A stretch of 64,000 nt of DNA from an uncultured delta proteobacterium (GTDB lineage: Bacteria; Desulfobacterota; Binatia; UBA9968), in NCBI GenBank assembly GCA_963847445.1, contig CAWJZV010000046.1, forward strand, positions 160,001-224,000, written 5' to 3'. Shown in pieces: positions 1-10,814 of this stretch. The first letter of the stretch is position 1. Every line of letters begins with the position of its first letter. The translations under genes and the position numbers were made by a program. The notes beneath the pieces were generated by a model. The model saw only the letters and a program-made list of their open reading frames with translations. It did not search any database and had not been told where the DNA came from.

Positions 1-166
1 GGAGAATCTGTCGCAGCTTTTCGCCGACTGCGCGGCGCAGAGAATCGTGCCGGGTATCCCTTGGCGCAATGGTATCCCGAGCTGAAAGACAGCTTTCCTC
101 ATGTGCGTGACCGAAATGAACGAGCGAGAGGAGATCGATCGCCTTGTCCGAACCAGCGCAGGATAA
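1..166 (+). CDS. gcvPA: Glycine dehydrogenase subunit 1, C-terminal end (partial)
   Basis: Manual reading gives ...VTEMNEREEIDRLV...TAA(164-166), typical of the GcvPA C-terminus, directly upstream of gcvPB. One indel in the segment. Confidence 0.75.
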
Positions 167-1797
167 GAAGCGTTCCCAGGCGGCGCCGCCGAAACTGTTA
201 TTCGAGAGCGGCTCGCCGGGGCGCAGTGCCATCGAGTGGGCCGTCAGAGGGCGGTAAGGTCGAAGAGTCGATTCCGTCACATTTACTGCGCCGGGACATC
301 GACGGCTTCCCAGAGCTTGGCGAGCTTGAAGTGCTGCGTCATTTCACCGGGCTGTCGCAACGCAACTTCTCCATCGAGAGCCAGTTCTACCCGTTGGGCT
401 CTTGCACGATGAAGTACAATCCCAAGATCAACGAAGTCGTGGCGCGTTTTCCCGGCTTCGCGCAGCTCCATCCAATGGCGCCGCCCGAGCATCTGCAAGG
501 CGCGCTGGCGCTGCTCTTCGAGCTCGAGCAGATGCTCGCCGAAGTGAGCGGCATGGAGCATGTGAGTTTGCAGCCTTCCGCGGGCGCGCAGGGCGAGCTC
601 ACCGGTTTGATGCTGATTCGCGCCTGTCTGAGTGAGCGCGGCGATCCGCGCAAAAATATCATCGTGCCCGACACTGCCCATGGCACCAACCCGGCGAGTT
701 CAACTTTATGCGGCTACGACGTGATCCAGATTTCCTCCAACGACAAAGGCGTTATCGACGCCGCCGCGGTGGAAAAAGTCATGGATCGAGACGTCGCGGC
801 GATCATGATTACCAATCCCAATACCCTCGGCCTGTTCGAGAGCAATATCGAAGCGATCGGCCAAATAGTCCACGCCAAAGGCGGCATGGTTTACTTGGAC
901 GGAGCGAACTTAAACGCGCTCATGGGCGTGGCCAAGCCGGGCCATATGGGCGTCGACGTTTTGCACATGAATTTGCACAAGACCTTCTCCACGCCCCATG
1001 GCGGCGGCGGTCCGGGGGCGGGGCCGGTGGGCGTCAAGGCGCAATTGCGCGACTATCTGCCGGTGCCACGGATCGTCCAGGCGGGCGACAAATTTGTCTT
1101 GGACGAGAACGAGCCCAAGTCGGTGGGCCGGGTGCGCTCGTTTCTCGGCAACTTCGGCGTGCTCTTGCGCGCTTACACCTATATTCTTTCACTCGGCGGC
1201 GACGGCCTTGCGGAGGCGAGCCGCATGGCGTTGCTCAACGCCAACTACATTCGCAAGAAACTCGAAAAGAGCTACCAACTGGCCTACAACGAGCCGTGCA
1301 TGCATGAGTGCATTCTGACCGATCGTATGCAGCACAAAAATGGCGTGAGCACTCTCGATATCGCCAAGCGGCTGCTCGACTACGGCTATCATCCGCCGAC
1401 GATTTATTTTCCGCTGGTGGTTTCCGGCGCCTTGATGATCGAGCCGACCGAAACCGAATCGCCGGAAACCTTGGATGGATTTTGCGACGCGATGTTGGCC
1501 ATCGCCCAGGAAGCGAAAGACGACCCCGAGCTGGTCAAGAGCGCGCCCCATTCCACTCCCGTGCGCCGGCTCGACGAGGCGCGCGCGGCGCGAAAGCCGG
1601 TGCTGCGCTGGGAGACGCGGTCAGGCGAAGAACGGATCGGCCGACGCAATAGTCTATCGACAACCGAGCGCCAGCTTGGCTCAGCGGGTGGAGGGGTAAT
1701 TAAGTCGATTGTCGTGGTACTCCATCGTGGCCGAAATCGGCAGCGGATCGTTCTTGATCCACGACGGAATCGGCGCGAAATGGCGCAGCCGCTTTGA
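144..1797 (+). CDS. gcvPB: Glycine dehydrogenase (decarboxylating) subunit 2
   Basis: Motifs YPLGSCTMKYNP, SLQPSAGAQGE, PLP-lysine motif NLHKTFSTPHGGGGPG and LMIEPTETES. Probable TTG start at 144 after GAGGAG, with an indel near 240. The true stop is probably before 1797. Confidence 0.93.
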
Positions 1798-2537
1798 TCG
1801 CACGCAGCGCTTCGTCGTCGAGCAACTGGGAGCCGGAAGATCGCACCAGTCGCAAATGTTCAAGTTGACCGTTGGCGCCGATGGCGAACTCCAAAAACAG
1901 CGTTCCTTGCAGACCGTAACGTTTCGCGAGTTCAGGATATTCCCATTTCTGGTTGATCGCTTGCTTGATTCGATTGAAATAATTCATGTAGGCAGGATCA
2001 TTGGTGTTCAAACTGACCGGTGCGCTGCTTCGTCCGCCGCTCGCTTGAATAGGTAAGCGGCGGTAAGAGCTCTTTGACCGTCGGCAGCCGGCGCTCGGCA
2101 ACCACGCTCTTTTCGATCGGCAGCTCGCGTTGGTTGGTCAGCCGATGTCGGGACTGGCAGTCCGGCGACCTGTTCGTCGCGGTTGCGTTCGGCTAGCGAG
2201 GACTTTTCAATGGCGACGGCAGTTTTCTCCGCGGTAGTACTGCGGGTGCGCTCTCGGGCTTGGTTGGCTTGGGCGCCGCAATTCTTTCCTTCTGGCGATC
2301 GGTGAGTCCTTTTTGGCGACGATTGCCGGGGTTTGACGATCTTGGTCGCCGCGGGCGGCGCGGCCGCGAGCCAAAACTCTCTCGCCGGGCGGCAGTAGCG
2401 AAACCGGGATCGCCGGTGGCTCGGCGCGTGTGCTTCCACGCCAATTTTTGCTTTAGGATGAAGTAGCAAAATACCGCGGCATGGATCGCCAGTGAAAGCC
2501 CAAAGAAGCGCGTCAGGGTGATGTTCAATCGTGCCAC
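1681..2537 (-). CDS. Energy transducer TonB family protein (frameshifted)
   Basis: N-terminal TM (SLAIHAAVF), Pro/Lys-rich spacer and C-terminal domain WEYPELAKRYGLQG...LVRSSGSQLLDDEALRAIKAAAPF. Built from ORFs 2193-2537, 1700-2101 and 1681-1863. Confidence 0.85.
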
Positions 2538-2630
2538 GATGGTATAATCTAGGTCGATATCGGCAAGGAAGTTTGCGTCGATAATTAATTCTTGCCATGG
2601 CGCAGTTGCCGCTAGGCGTCTGGAGGACCG

Positions 2631-2816
2631 ATGTTTGGGTTTGGCATAGGCGAATTACTAGTGGTGCTGGTTATCGTTCTGGTGCTGTTCAGCAACCGGC
2701 TGCCGGACCTCGGTGAGGGCATCGGCAGGAGCATTCGCAAGTTTCGCAAAGCGGTCAACCAAGCCGATGAGGTCGATATTACTCCGAAAAAAAAGGATTC
2801 AGACGAATCGCCGTGA
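2631..2816 (+). CDS. tatA: Twin-arginine translocase TatA/E subunit
   Basis: MFGFGIGELLVVLVIVLVLF...LPDLGEGIGRSIRKFRKA; RBS GGAGG upstream. Confidence 0.88.
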   Translation: MFGFGIGELLVVLVIVLVLFSNRLPDLGEGIGRSIRKFRKAVNQADEVDITPKKKDSDESP

Positions 2817-2829
2817 TAGTCGGCCCCAA

Positions 2830-3878
2830 TCAAACTTCGCCGTCGGCGAGCACGACTTCCAAGCTGAAGTCTTTGACCTGCTTGGCCGGTTTCAAGAATA
2901 CCATGGTAAAAGCTATCGAATCCCCCGGCGGGAGCTCGAAACTCTTGAGCGGTTTCAAGATCCTGCAAGTGCGGAATGTCTTCCGCGGTCATACCGCGGA
3001 TGATCTTCGGTGAGAGCGTATTGCCGATCCAGATGGTTTGCTTCTCGATCTCTTTGCCTTCGAGATTGAAGACCGTGCCGGTGACCTTTACTTCCCGAAT
3101 CACGACCGGATTCTGATTGAAGGCGACGCCGGTGAGCACCAACACCTCGCGGTCCCCGTGAATATTCTGGTAGCCCGTGCGCAGGGATCGCAGCAGGACC
3201 CCATCTTTCAAGTGATTATTTTTCAGCACCGTGGCGCCGACGTAGGGAATCTTTTTGACCAGGTTCTCCATCGCCGCCGGCTTGGCATGGGTCATCGCCG
3301 ACAGCAGTGAAAAACCGATTAGTAAAAGTCCAAACAAGCTCAAATACGGACGGATCGAGGCGCGTTGATCGACATAAGAGGACATCGCCAGGATATTGGC
3401 GGGATTGTCCTGTTCTTCTTTTAGCTGTGGCGCGGCGAATGCGCGTTCGTTCTCTTCAAAGTTGTTCGGGTATGTCGACAATCTTTTCCTGCTTGCGGTT
3501 CGCCGCAGCCGCCAGCATTGTGAACGGTGATTCGGGTAAGGGGTTGGACGGTTCAGAATTCAACGACCATTGATCCGGCGCCGAACGATTCGGTGTTTCC
3601 GTGGATGGATTCGCTGCCCCAGCCGCGGGTTGGCGAGGCTTGTCGGTTTTGGCAGCCGGCGGCGGGGAAAAGCTGAAGGTCAATTCTCGGTCCTGAGACT
3701 CTGGGGCTACCGCGGCGTCGCTCGGTACAGGTTTCTCCGGCGTGGCTGGGGCGATTTCGGCGTCTTCGAGTTCGAAGCTATGCTTGCAGCGTGAGCAACG
3801 AAATGCCGGTGCGGCGCCTTTGACGATTTCATTAGCGACCCTATAGGTGGTACGGCAACTCGGACATTGAACTAACAT
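2830..3878 (-). CDS. MJ0042-type zinc-ribbon / TM / DUF3426-like protein (frameshifted)
   Basis: N-terminal MLVQCPSCRTTY...FRCSRCKHSF, Pro-rich linker, one TM helix, and a periplasmic beta domain ending ...PPGDSIAFTMVF...EV*. Confidence 0.78.
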
Positions 3879-3995
3879 GAAAAATCCTTTAGCGAATACG
3901 GCACCTATCGAATCAGAAACGAAGGGAACTGGTGCAATTCTAGGGTAATTGACGAAAAGTGCAAGGATTTATGTTAGTGAGTCGTTTTAATAGCT

Positions 3996-4022
3996 GAATA
4001 ATCGTTTTCTGGCGGCGTCTAA
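3996..4022 (+). promoter_or_regulatory. Putative ECF (sigmaE-like) autoregulatory promoter
   Basis: GAATAA-N16-TCTAA 15 nt before the sigma GTG; resembles the sigmaE consensus GAACTT-N16-TCTAA. Confidence 0.45.
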
Positions 4023-4037
4023 AAGGGCAGGATCGTT

Positions 4038-4592
4038 GTGGAGTTGAGCGATTGGCAACTGGTTGAGAAGTGTCAAGCGGGCGATGCGAATGCGTTCCAG
4101 GAACTCGTTTCGCGCTATCATCAAAAGGTTTTCATGGTCATCCTCGGGCTGATGCGCAACCGCGAGGATGCCCTGGAAGTGGCCCAGGAAACTTTTTTTC
4201 GAGCGTTTCGCAAAATCAAAAGTTTTCAGGGCGGCTCGTCGTTTTATACATGGATTTATCGGATCGCGGTGAACAACGCGATCGACGCCCAACGCAAGCA
4301 GAAACGCAATCCGTTGGACTTTCACGAGACCATGGATGGGGTGTTCGAAGCGCGCAACGAGGTAGCCAAGGATCCGTTCGCCGATGTTCATGACCGCGAG
4401 CTACGTGAAAACATGAGCAAGGCGATCAACGAATTGACACCGGAGCACAAAGCCGTCATCGTCTTGCGAACGATTGAAGGCATGTCCTACAAGGATATTG
4501 GCGAGATTCTTGGTTGTTCCGAGGGCACGGTGATGAGCCGGTTGCATTACGCAAGAAAAAAATTGCAGGATAAGTTGAAAGCCTTTTTATGA
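4038..4592 (+). CDS. ECF RNA polymerase sigma factor
   Basis: DALEVAQETFFRAF, SSFYTWIYRIAVN, region 4 GMSYKDIGEILGCSEGTVMSRLHYARKKL. Confidence 0.95.
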   Translation: MELSDWQLVEKCQAGDANAFQELVSRYHQKVFMVILGLMRNREDALEVAQETFFRAFRKIKSFQGGSSFYTWIYRIAVNNAIDAQRKQKRNPLDFHETMDGVFEARNEVAKDPFADVHDRELRENMSKAINELTPEHKAVIVLRTIEGMSYKDIGEILGCSEGTVMSRLHYARKKLQDKLKAFL

Positions 4593-5123
4593 GCCAATGT
4601 GAATCCTTTCAAGAATCGATCGGTCGTTGGCTGGACGGCGAGTTGCCACCGGCGGACAGCGAAGCGGTGCGTAGCCATGTGGCCAATTGCGCCGACTGCG
4701 GCGCGGCGCGCCAGCGTTTGGAAAAAATCCAGCTCACCCTCGGCACCATACTTACGGCAGAAGCGGCGCGGCTCGAATTTGCGCCATTCTGGCGCGAGGT
4801 GCAGCACCGTATCGAAGCGAAACGGTCGTGGCACGAAGAGCTGATCGAGGCGGTTCAGTCGTTAGTTTATCGTACCGCGTCTCGCCTGGGCGGTGCCGGC
4901 GGCGATCATGTCTGGTACTGGGTTTACTTATCGCTAACCAAATGGCCGGCTGGCGGTCGAGACTAACAACTACGCATCGGTGGAGTCGATCGACGCCCAT
5001 GGCCGCAACGTCGCGCTCTTACGCGAGGACAAAACCAAGACGACGATTATTTGGCTTTATCAAGATCCCGAAGGTGAAGACGAGAATGTCGAAGAAACTG
5101 CGAAATCCGGTCCTGCTTTTTAG
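4589..5123 (+). CDS. Zinc-finger (zf-HC2) membrane anti-sigma factor (frameshifted)
   Basis: WLDGEL...HVANCADC (HxxxCxxC), a TM segment and a short periplasmic tail; ATGA overlap with the sigma gene. Confidence 0.85.
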
Positions 5124-5552
5124 CCTGGCATTTCTAGCGGCTCGCCGGCTGGCTGCATGCTGCGGATAAGCACTCCACAGTCCGTACAAGTGACGGTCCG
5201 ATCGATTTTGGCTGGCAGTAAAAGCGATGAGTTCGATCCTAAGCTCAAAGGCATGGAGCAGCAACTCAAACCATTGAAACACCGTTCCTACCGGGCGCTC
5301 AAGGATGAGACGCCAGAACTATCCCTTGGCAGGGCAGCAAGGCGTTCGAAATCCCCGGCGGCCGCTCGCTGACGATCGCGCACCCAGGAGTTTCAGAATG
5401 ATCGGATCGGTTTAAAGATTCGTTTGACCCAGGGCGACAAACCACTGATCGACACCACGGTCAAGATTGCCAATAAGGGGAATATTATTCTCGGCGGACC
5501 GGCCCATGAAGGCGGTTCGTTGATTTTGTCGATCTCAGCCGCGGCGCAGTAA
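5086..5552 (+). CDS. Hypothetical exported protein (frameshifted), third gene of the ECF operon
   Basis: Signal-like N-terminus MSKKLRNPVLLFSLAFLA; the pieces continue to ...GGPAHEGGSLILSISAAAQ*. Confidence 0.55.
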
Positions 5553-5560
5553 CGATACGC

Positions 5561-5823
5561 TCAATCGATTACGTTTTTCTCAATTGGCTCGACGGCAACA
5601 CCTTTGCTTTTGAGCCAGCTGATCGCCTTCGCGACTTCGATCTCTTTGCCATCTATCTCCAACGCCAACAGCGCCAGATCCGCGGTGACCGTGGAGCTGC
5701 GGATGTTGAAAATCACGTCGAACTGTTTCGCTAACAGGCTCAAAACCGGTTCTTTGATCAGGCCTTTGGGAAAGGTGAGATAGACGCGTTCGCGCAGGAA
5801 TCGGGTTTTGCTTTTGTTGCCAT
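5561..5823 (-). CDS. NIL-domain protein
   Basis: RVYLTFPKGLIKEPVL...FDVIFNIRSSTV...LALEIDG...AISWLKSKGVAVEP; one indel near the start. Confidence 0.8.
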
Positions 5824-5827
5824 CGGG

Positions 5828-6830
5828 TCAAATCGAAAATTTAAGGTTGCCGACCGCGGCGCGGTCGCGCCAGCCGACCCATAGATTAGTCGTCAGGTAT
5901 TTGTCGCCAAAGTCGGGGAAGATCGTGACCACGGTTCCAGAGCGAAGTTTGCGCGCGACTTGGAGCGCGGCGAACAGTGCAGCGCCGGAGGATTGGCCTA
6001 CCAGCACGCCTTCTTCCTGGCTCAAGCGATAGACCATCGCATAGGCGTCCTCGGTGGATACCGGGATTTTGCCGTCGAGTTCTTCTTCGTGATAGATGCC
6101 CGGCACGATGGAACTGGCCATGTGTTTCAGCCCTTCGAGGCCGTGCAATGCATCGTCCGGCTCCACCGCGATCACTTGGATCGATCGATTAACTTCTTTC
6201 AAATAGCGGCCGGTGCCCATGATCGTGCCGCCGGTGCCGATGCCGGCGACGAAATGGCTGATGGCTTGATTGGTTTGGCGGTAAATCTCCGGTCCGGTGT
6301 TTTCGTAATGGGCCTGGGGATTCATCGGATTGAAGTATTGGTCCGGTTTAAAATATTTCTCCGGATCGGCTTCGAGAAGCTTGCGGCACAAACGGATGGC
6401 GCCATCGGAGCCCTCCATCGGATCGCTAAAAATCATTTTGGCGCCATAGGCGTTGATGATTTGTTTGCGTTCGACGCTGACGTTGGCGGGGATAGCCAGC
6501 TCCACCGGATAGCCAAGGACGGCGCCGATCATCGCCAAGGCGATGCCGGTATTTCCCGAGGTCGAGTCGAGGATGGTTTTCCCGGGTCGGAGCTTCTGCG
6601 TATGCAACCCTTCCTGAATCATGCGCCATGCCGGACGGTCTTTGACTGAGCCGCCCGGATTGAAGCCTTCCAGTTTGGCGAAAATTCTGACGCCCTTCGG
6701 TAAGCCCGCGCCGATCCGCTGAATTTCCAAGAGCGGAGTGTTGCCGATCAGATCGAGGGTCGATTCGACCTTAATTGGCGCGTCCGAGATTCGCTGGAAC
6801 CAGGCGCAAGTTGGGCGAGGTCTGGGTCAT
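5828..6830 (-). CDS. cysM: PLP-dependent cysteine synthase (CysM-like)
   Basis: IGNTPL, AKLEGFNPGGSVKDR, DSTSGNTG, AGIGTGGT and FPDFGDKYL. Confidence 0.88.
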
Positions 6831-6853
6831 CGTCGCGATCAAAGTTCGATCGA

Positions 6854-7132
6854 CTAACGCCCGCCGGCGATGGCGGGCACGATGGAAATGTTGTCGCCTT
6901 CCTTGACCGCCGTGTCGAGATTCTGCAGAAAGCGAATGTCGTCGCCGTTCACATAGACGTTGACGAAGCGGCGCACCTTGCCGGTTTCGTCGCAGATGCG
7001 CTCTTTGATGCCGGGATAGTTTTTTTCCAGATCGTCGACGAGAGACTTGACATTGCCGCCTGCGGCACTCACTTCGTCGGCCCCCTGCGTATACTTACGA
7101 AGCGGGGTGGGGACACGAACTCGCACGGCCAT
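6854..7132 (-). CDS. MoaD/ThiS/CysO-type ubiquitin-like sulfur carrier
   Basis: MAVRVRVPTPLR...RRFVNVYVNGDDIRFL...ISIVPAIAGGR*; RBS AGGAGG. Confidence 0.92.
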   Translation of the reverse strand: MAVRVRVPTPLRKYTQGADEVSAAGGNVKSLVDDLEKNYPGIKERICDETGKVRRFVNVYVNGDDIRFLQNLDTAVKEGDNISIVPAIAGGR

Positions 7133-7142
7133 AACGAACCTC

Positions 7143-7421
7143 CTAAAAATTTCCAGTAAAATTGGCTGAGTGAATTGAGAATAATCCTTCACCCTGCGCC
7201 TTGCAAGGTGAGGGAGCTGCAACTTCGATCGGCAGGAGTTCGCGATAGCGCCACAGGTTGTGCGGCCGCGCGGCGATTTTGTCGCGGCTGATGGCTCGTT
7301 TGATCCCGTCGTAGTCGTAGCGAATGTCGAGTGGACCGAAACAGTCGTCGCACACATGTGTCGGCTGGTTGGCATATTGTTGCTTACACTCGCGGCACTC
7401 AAGGCCTTGGACGAAACTCAT
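7143..7421 (-). pseudogene. Threonine-synthase-like gene, N-terminal fragment only
   Basis: LECRECKQQY...VCDDCFGPL...NLWRYRELLPI is the ThrC N-terminus. Similarity stops after about 66 aa and the PLP domain is absent. Confidence 0.75.
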
Positions 7422-7443
7422 GGCGATGATTTTATCGCTGGCA

Positions 7444-8233
7444 CTAAAGTTGTGTCGTCGCGGTTGTGCCGGTGCCGTCGCCGCAGGCGGCGCATTGCGG
7501 ATCGCGTCTGACTTCGACCTCGCGGAAGCGCATGTTCTTGGCGTCGTAGACCAATAAGCGGTCGGTGAGCAGGCCGTCCTCGAAGCCGGCCAAATATTTC
7601 ACCGCCTCGGTGGCCTGAATGGTGCCGATGGTGCCGGCCACGGCGCCGAGGATGCCGGAGGCTTGGCAGTTTAAGATCTCTTCTGGCGGCGGTGGGGCTT
7701 TGAACAGGCAGCGGTAGCAAGCGCTTTTGCCGCGGCACCACGGTCATGACTTGGCCCTGCAAGCGGACGATGCCGGCGTGGGAGAAAGCGATGCCCCACT
7801 TCACCGCCAGGTCGTTGACGAGAAATTTCGTGTCGAAGTTATCGCTGCCGTCGACGATGAAGTCGAAGCCCTTGGCGATTTGTTCGGCATTGCTCTCATC
7901 GAAGCGGACTGGATGGATGATCACTTCGACATCGGGATTGAGTGCGGTCAAGCTTGTTTTCGCCGACTCGACCTTGGGCCGGCCGATATCGGCGGTGGCA
8001 TGAAGGATCTGGCGTTGTAAATTCGACAGTTCCACTTTGTCCGCATCGACGATTCCCAGCGTGCCGATGCCGGCCGCGGCTAAATAAAGCGCCGCCGGCG
8101 AGCCCAAGCCGCCGGCGCCGATGACCAGCACGCGCGATTGGCACAGGCGCATCTGCGCTTTGCCGCCAAGATCGGGAACCATGATTTGGCGGCTGTAGCG
8201 TTCGATTTGCTCGCTGGTCAGACGGTCGGCCAT
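7444..8233 (-). CDS. MoeB/ThiF family adenylyltransferase (frameshifted)
   Basis: ERYSRQI, VLVIGAGGLGSP, ELSNLQRQILH, DGSDNF, CYRC and a C-terminal CxxC (PQCAAC). No rhodanese domain. Confidence 0.92.
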
Positions 8234-8360
8234 ATCGCGGTGCGCACTCGCTCAAAAATCTCTTTTGACAAACTTGGCTGTGAAGTCGCTTGGCAAGCTA
8301 ACGCACCGGCGCCGCCGAAGTCAACCAGGAACGCCGCGATCGGGAGCAAGTTACAGACGG

Positions 8361-9569
8361 TCAGTTTTCAGCCTGCAAGCGAAAGCCGTCGCGGCTTAAG
8401 CCATCGCGCAGTCGCTGAATATGTTCGGCGCCGGCGGTTTCCAGCACGAGTTCGACTTCGGTCTCGCCGATGGCGATGCGGCCGAAACCGCGGCTTTGGC
8501 CGATCTGTAAAATATTGGCGCCCAGCTCGGCGATGCGTTGGCTGAGGCGGGCGAGATTGCCAGGGCGGTCGGTGACGATCACATTCAACCGGCACTGGCG
8601 TCCATCCTGGATCATGCCGGTTTCGATGATGCGAGAGATCAGATTCATATCGATATTGCCGCCTGAGACGATGAGTCCGATGTTTTTGCCGGCGAGCGAG
8701 ATTTTTTTGTTCATCAATGCCGCCAAGGGCACGGCGGCGGCGCCTTCGGCAACGGTCTTTTCGATTTCCAGGAGCAGCAGCACCGCGTTGGCGATTTCGC
8801 CTTCGCTGACGGTGACGATTTCATCGACGAATTCTTTGACCAGGGCGAACGGGGTCTCACCGACTCGACGCACGGCGATGCCGTCGGCGATGGTGGTGGC
8901 GGGCGGCAGCCGAACCGGCGCGCCGCCGGCTAAGGCGGTTTTCATCGATGGCACGGCCTCGGCCTGGACGCCGATGATTGTGATTTTCGGATTCAATGTT
9001 TTCAGCACCATGGCGATGCCGGCGATCAATCCGCCGCCGCCTACCGGCACGACCACCGCATCGAGATCGGGATTTTGCTCGTACAGTTCGAGGCCGATGG
9101 TGCCTTGACCGGCGACGATCCAAGGATCGTTGAACGCCGAGACGAAGGTCATGCCTCGTTCTTGGCTCAGCCGCTGGGCTTCGGCGAGCGCGCTGTCATA
9201 GTCGTTGCCATGGAGCACGCTTTGCGCGCCGTATTGGCGCACCCGTGAGACTTTAATCAGCGGCGCGAATAGCGGCATGACGATGGTGGCGGCGATGTTT
9301 AACCTGTGGCTGTGAAACGCCAGAGCCATGCCGTGATTGCCGGCGCTGGCGGCGATCACGCCGCGTTGCGCTTCGTCAACGGAGAGCGTGAGCAAGCGGT
9401 TGAGCGCGCCGCGCTCTTTGAAGGAACCGGTCATTTGCAAGTTTTCCAACTTAAAAAAGACCCGGTTGCCGGTCATCCGGCTGATGGTCTCCGAGTAGGG
9501 AAACGGCGACAGATAGATTTGTTCTTTGATGCGCTCGCGCGCTTCTTCGACATCGACGAAGGTGATCAT
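8361..9569 (-). CDS. Threonine ammonia-lyase (dehydratase) with C-terminal ACT domain
   Basis: FKLENLQMTGSFKERGA, SAGNH, VPVGGGGLI, SGGNID and ACT motif DRPGNL. Confidence 0.93.
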   Translation of the reverse strand: MITFVDVEEARERIKEQIYLSPFPYSETISRMTGNRVFFKLENLQMTGSFKERGALNRLLTLSVDEAQRGVIAASAGNHGMALAFHSHRLNIAATIVMPLFAPLIKVSRVRQYGAQSVLHGNDYDSALAEAQRLSQERGMTFVSAFNDPWIVAGQGTIGLELYEQNPDLDAVVVPVGGGGLIAGIAMVLKTLNPKITIIGVQAEAVPSMKTALAGGAPVRLPPATTIADGIAVRRVGETPFALVKEFVDEIVTVSEGEIANAVLLLLEIEKTVAEGAAAVPLAALMNKKISLAGKNIGLIVSGGNIDMNLISRIIETGMIQDGRQCRLNVIVTDRPGNLARLSQRIAELGANILQIGQSRGFGRIAIGETEVELVLETAGAEHIQRLRDGLSRDGFRLQAEN

Positions 9570-9651
9570 GATGGCGCAACGTTAGAATGAAAAGACTGGC
9601 GCATGCAAGGTCGATGGGGTAGAAAGGGAAAGGTAAAATTCAAAAAATTTA

Positions 9652-10803
9652 ATGGCAAAAACGTTTCGTCCTATGGCTGAATCCCACACAGATCCGACTG
9701 CCGCGGATGTCGCCCGTTACGGGCAGAATTATTTGATCGAGATGGACGGCATCGAACTCTATCGCGCTCTAGCGGCGGCGGAGAAGGACGACAAGCGCGC
9801 GGAGATTTTTCGCAAAATACTGCGTGCCGAAGAACGCCATGCGCAGCGCTGGGTGCGGTTGATTCAAACCAGCGGTGGCGTGCTGCCGACTTACCGTCGC
9901 AGCCTGCGCGTCCGTCTCCTCGGTTGGCTGGCGCGGCGCTTCGGCACCAATCGCGTGGTGCCGATCGTCAGCGCGCTCGAAGCGCGCGATGAACCGGGGT
10001 ACATGAATCAAAGCGAAGCCGAAGGGTTGCCAGCCGAGGAGCGCGCGCATAGCCGGGTGCTGCGTGAAATGGACGAAGGGCCGGCGTCGCAGGGCGATAT
10101 CGTCGGACGCGAGGCCTGGCATATGGCATCGCGCGCCGGTAGTTTGCGCGCTGCGGTGTTCGGCATCAATGACGGGCTGGTATCGAATTTCAGTTTGGTG
10201 ATGGGCTTTGCCGGCGCCGAGGCGAAACCGGAATATATTCTCCTCGCCGGCTGTGCTGGATTGTTGGCCGGCTCGTTCTCCATGGCCGCCGGCGAATATG
10301 TCTCGGTGCGGGCGCAGCGCGAGCTCTTCGAGCAGCAGATCGCCATGGAGCAACAAGAACTGGAAATGTCGCCCAAGGAAGAAGAAGAGGAACTGGCGCT
10401 GATTTACCAAGCCAAAGGGATTGCCGAAGTGGACGCGCGCATGATGGCGCGCCGTATCGTCGAGAACCCGCGCACCGCCATCGACACCCTGGCGCGCGAG
10501 GAGTTGGGGCTCGATCCGTCGCAGCTGGGTTCGCCGTGGGTGGCCGCTGGCAGTTCGTTTGTGGCGTTTATTCTCGGTGCGATCGTGCCGGTGATTCCCT
10601 ACATTGTGACCCGCGGCGGGACGGCGTTCTTGACCAGCGCGATCTTGAGTTGTCTAGCGCTATTCGCTGTCGGCGCGCTGTTGTCGATCTTTTCCGCCCG
10701 CGGCGCGCTGTTTAGCGGCGCCCGCATGCTCGCCATCGGCTTGTGCGCTTCGGCGATTACTTATGGCGTGGGTTGGCTACTTGGCGTGTCGGTAGCCGGT
10801 TAG
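9652..10803 (+). CDS. VIT1/CCC1 iron/manganese transporter with N-terminal rubrerythrin-like domain
   Basis: N-terminal EERH and EERAH motifs; LRAAVFGINDGLVS and GSFSMAAGEYVS. Confidence 0.92.
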   Translation: MAKTFRPMAESHTDPTAADVARYGQNYLIEMDGIELYRALAAAEKDDKRAEIFRKILRAEERHAQRWVRLIQTSGGVLPTYRRSLRVRLLGWLARRFGTNRVVPIVSALEARDEPGYMNQSEAEGLPAEERAHSRVLREMDEGPASQGDIVGREAWHMASRAGSLRAAVFGINDGLVSNFSLVMGFAGAEAKPEYILLAGCAGLLAGSFSMAAGEYVSVRAQRELFEQQIAMEQQELEMSPKEEEEELALIYQAKGIAEVDARMMARRIVENPRTAIDTLAREELGLDPSQLGSPWVAAGSSFVAFILGAIVPVIPYIVTRGGTAFLTSAILSCLALFAVGALLSIFSARGALFSGARMLAIGLCASAITYGVGWLLGVSVAG

Positions 10804-10814
10804 CGGCGCGCGTT

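Noticed and set aside
6854-7402. 182-aa fusion ORF ending in the sulfur carrier
   Set aside because: The N-terminal half is an off-frame reading of the thrC fragment. The real start is the ATG at 7132 with an AGGAGG RBS.
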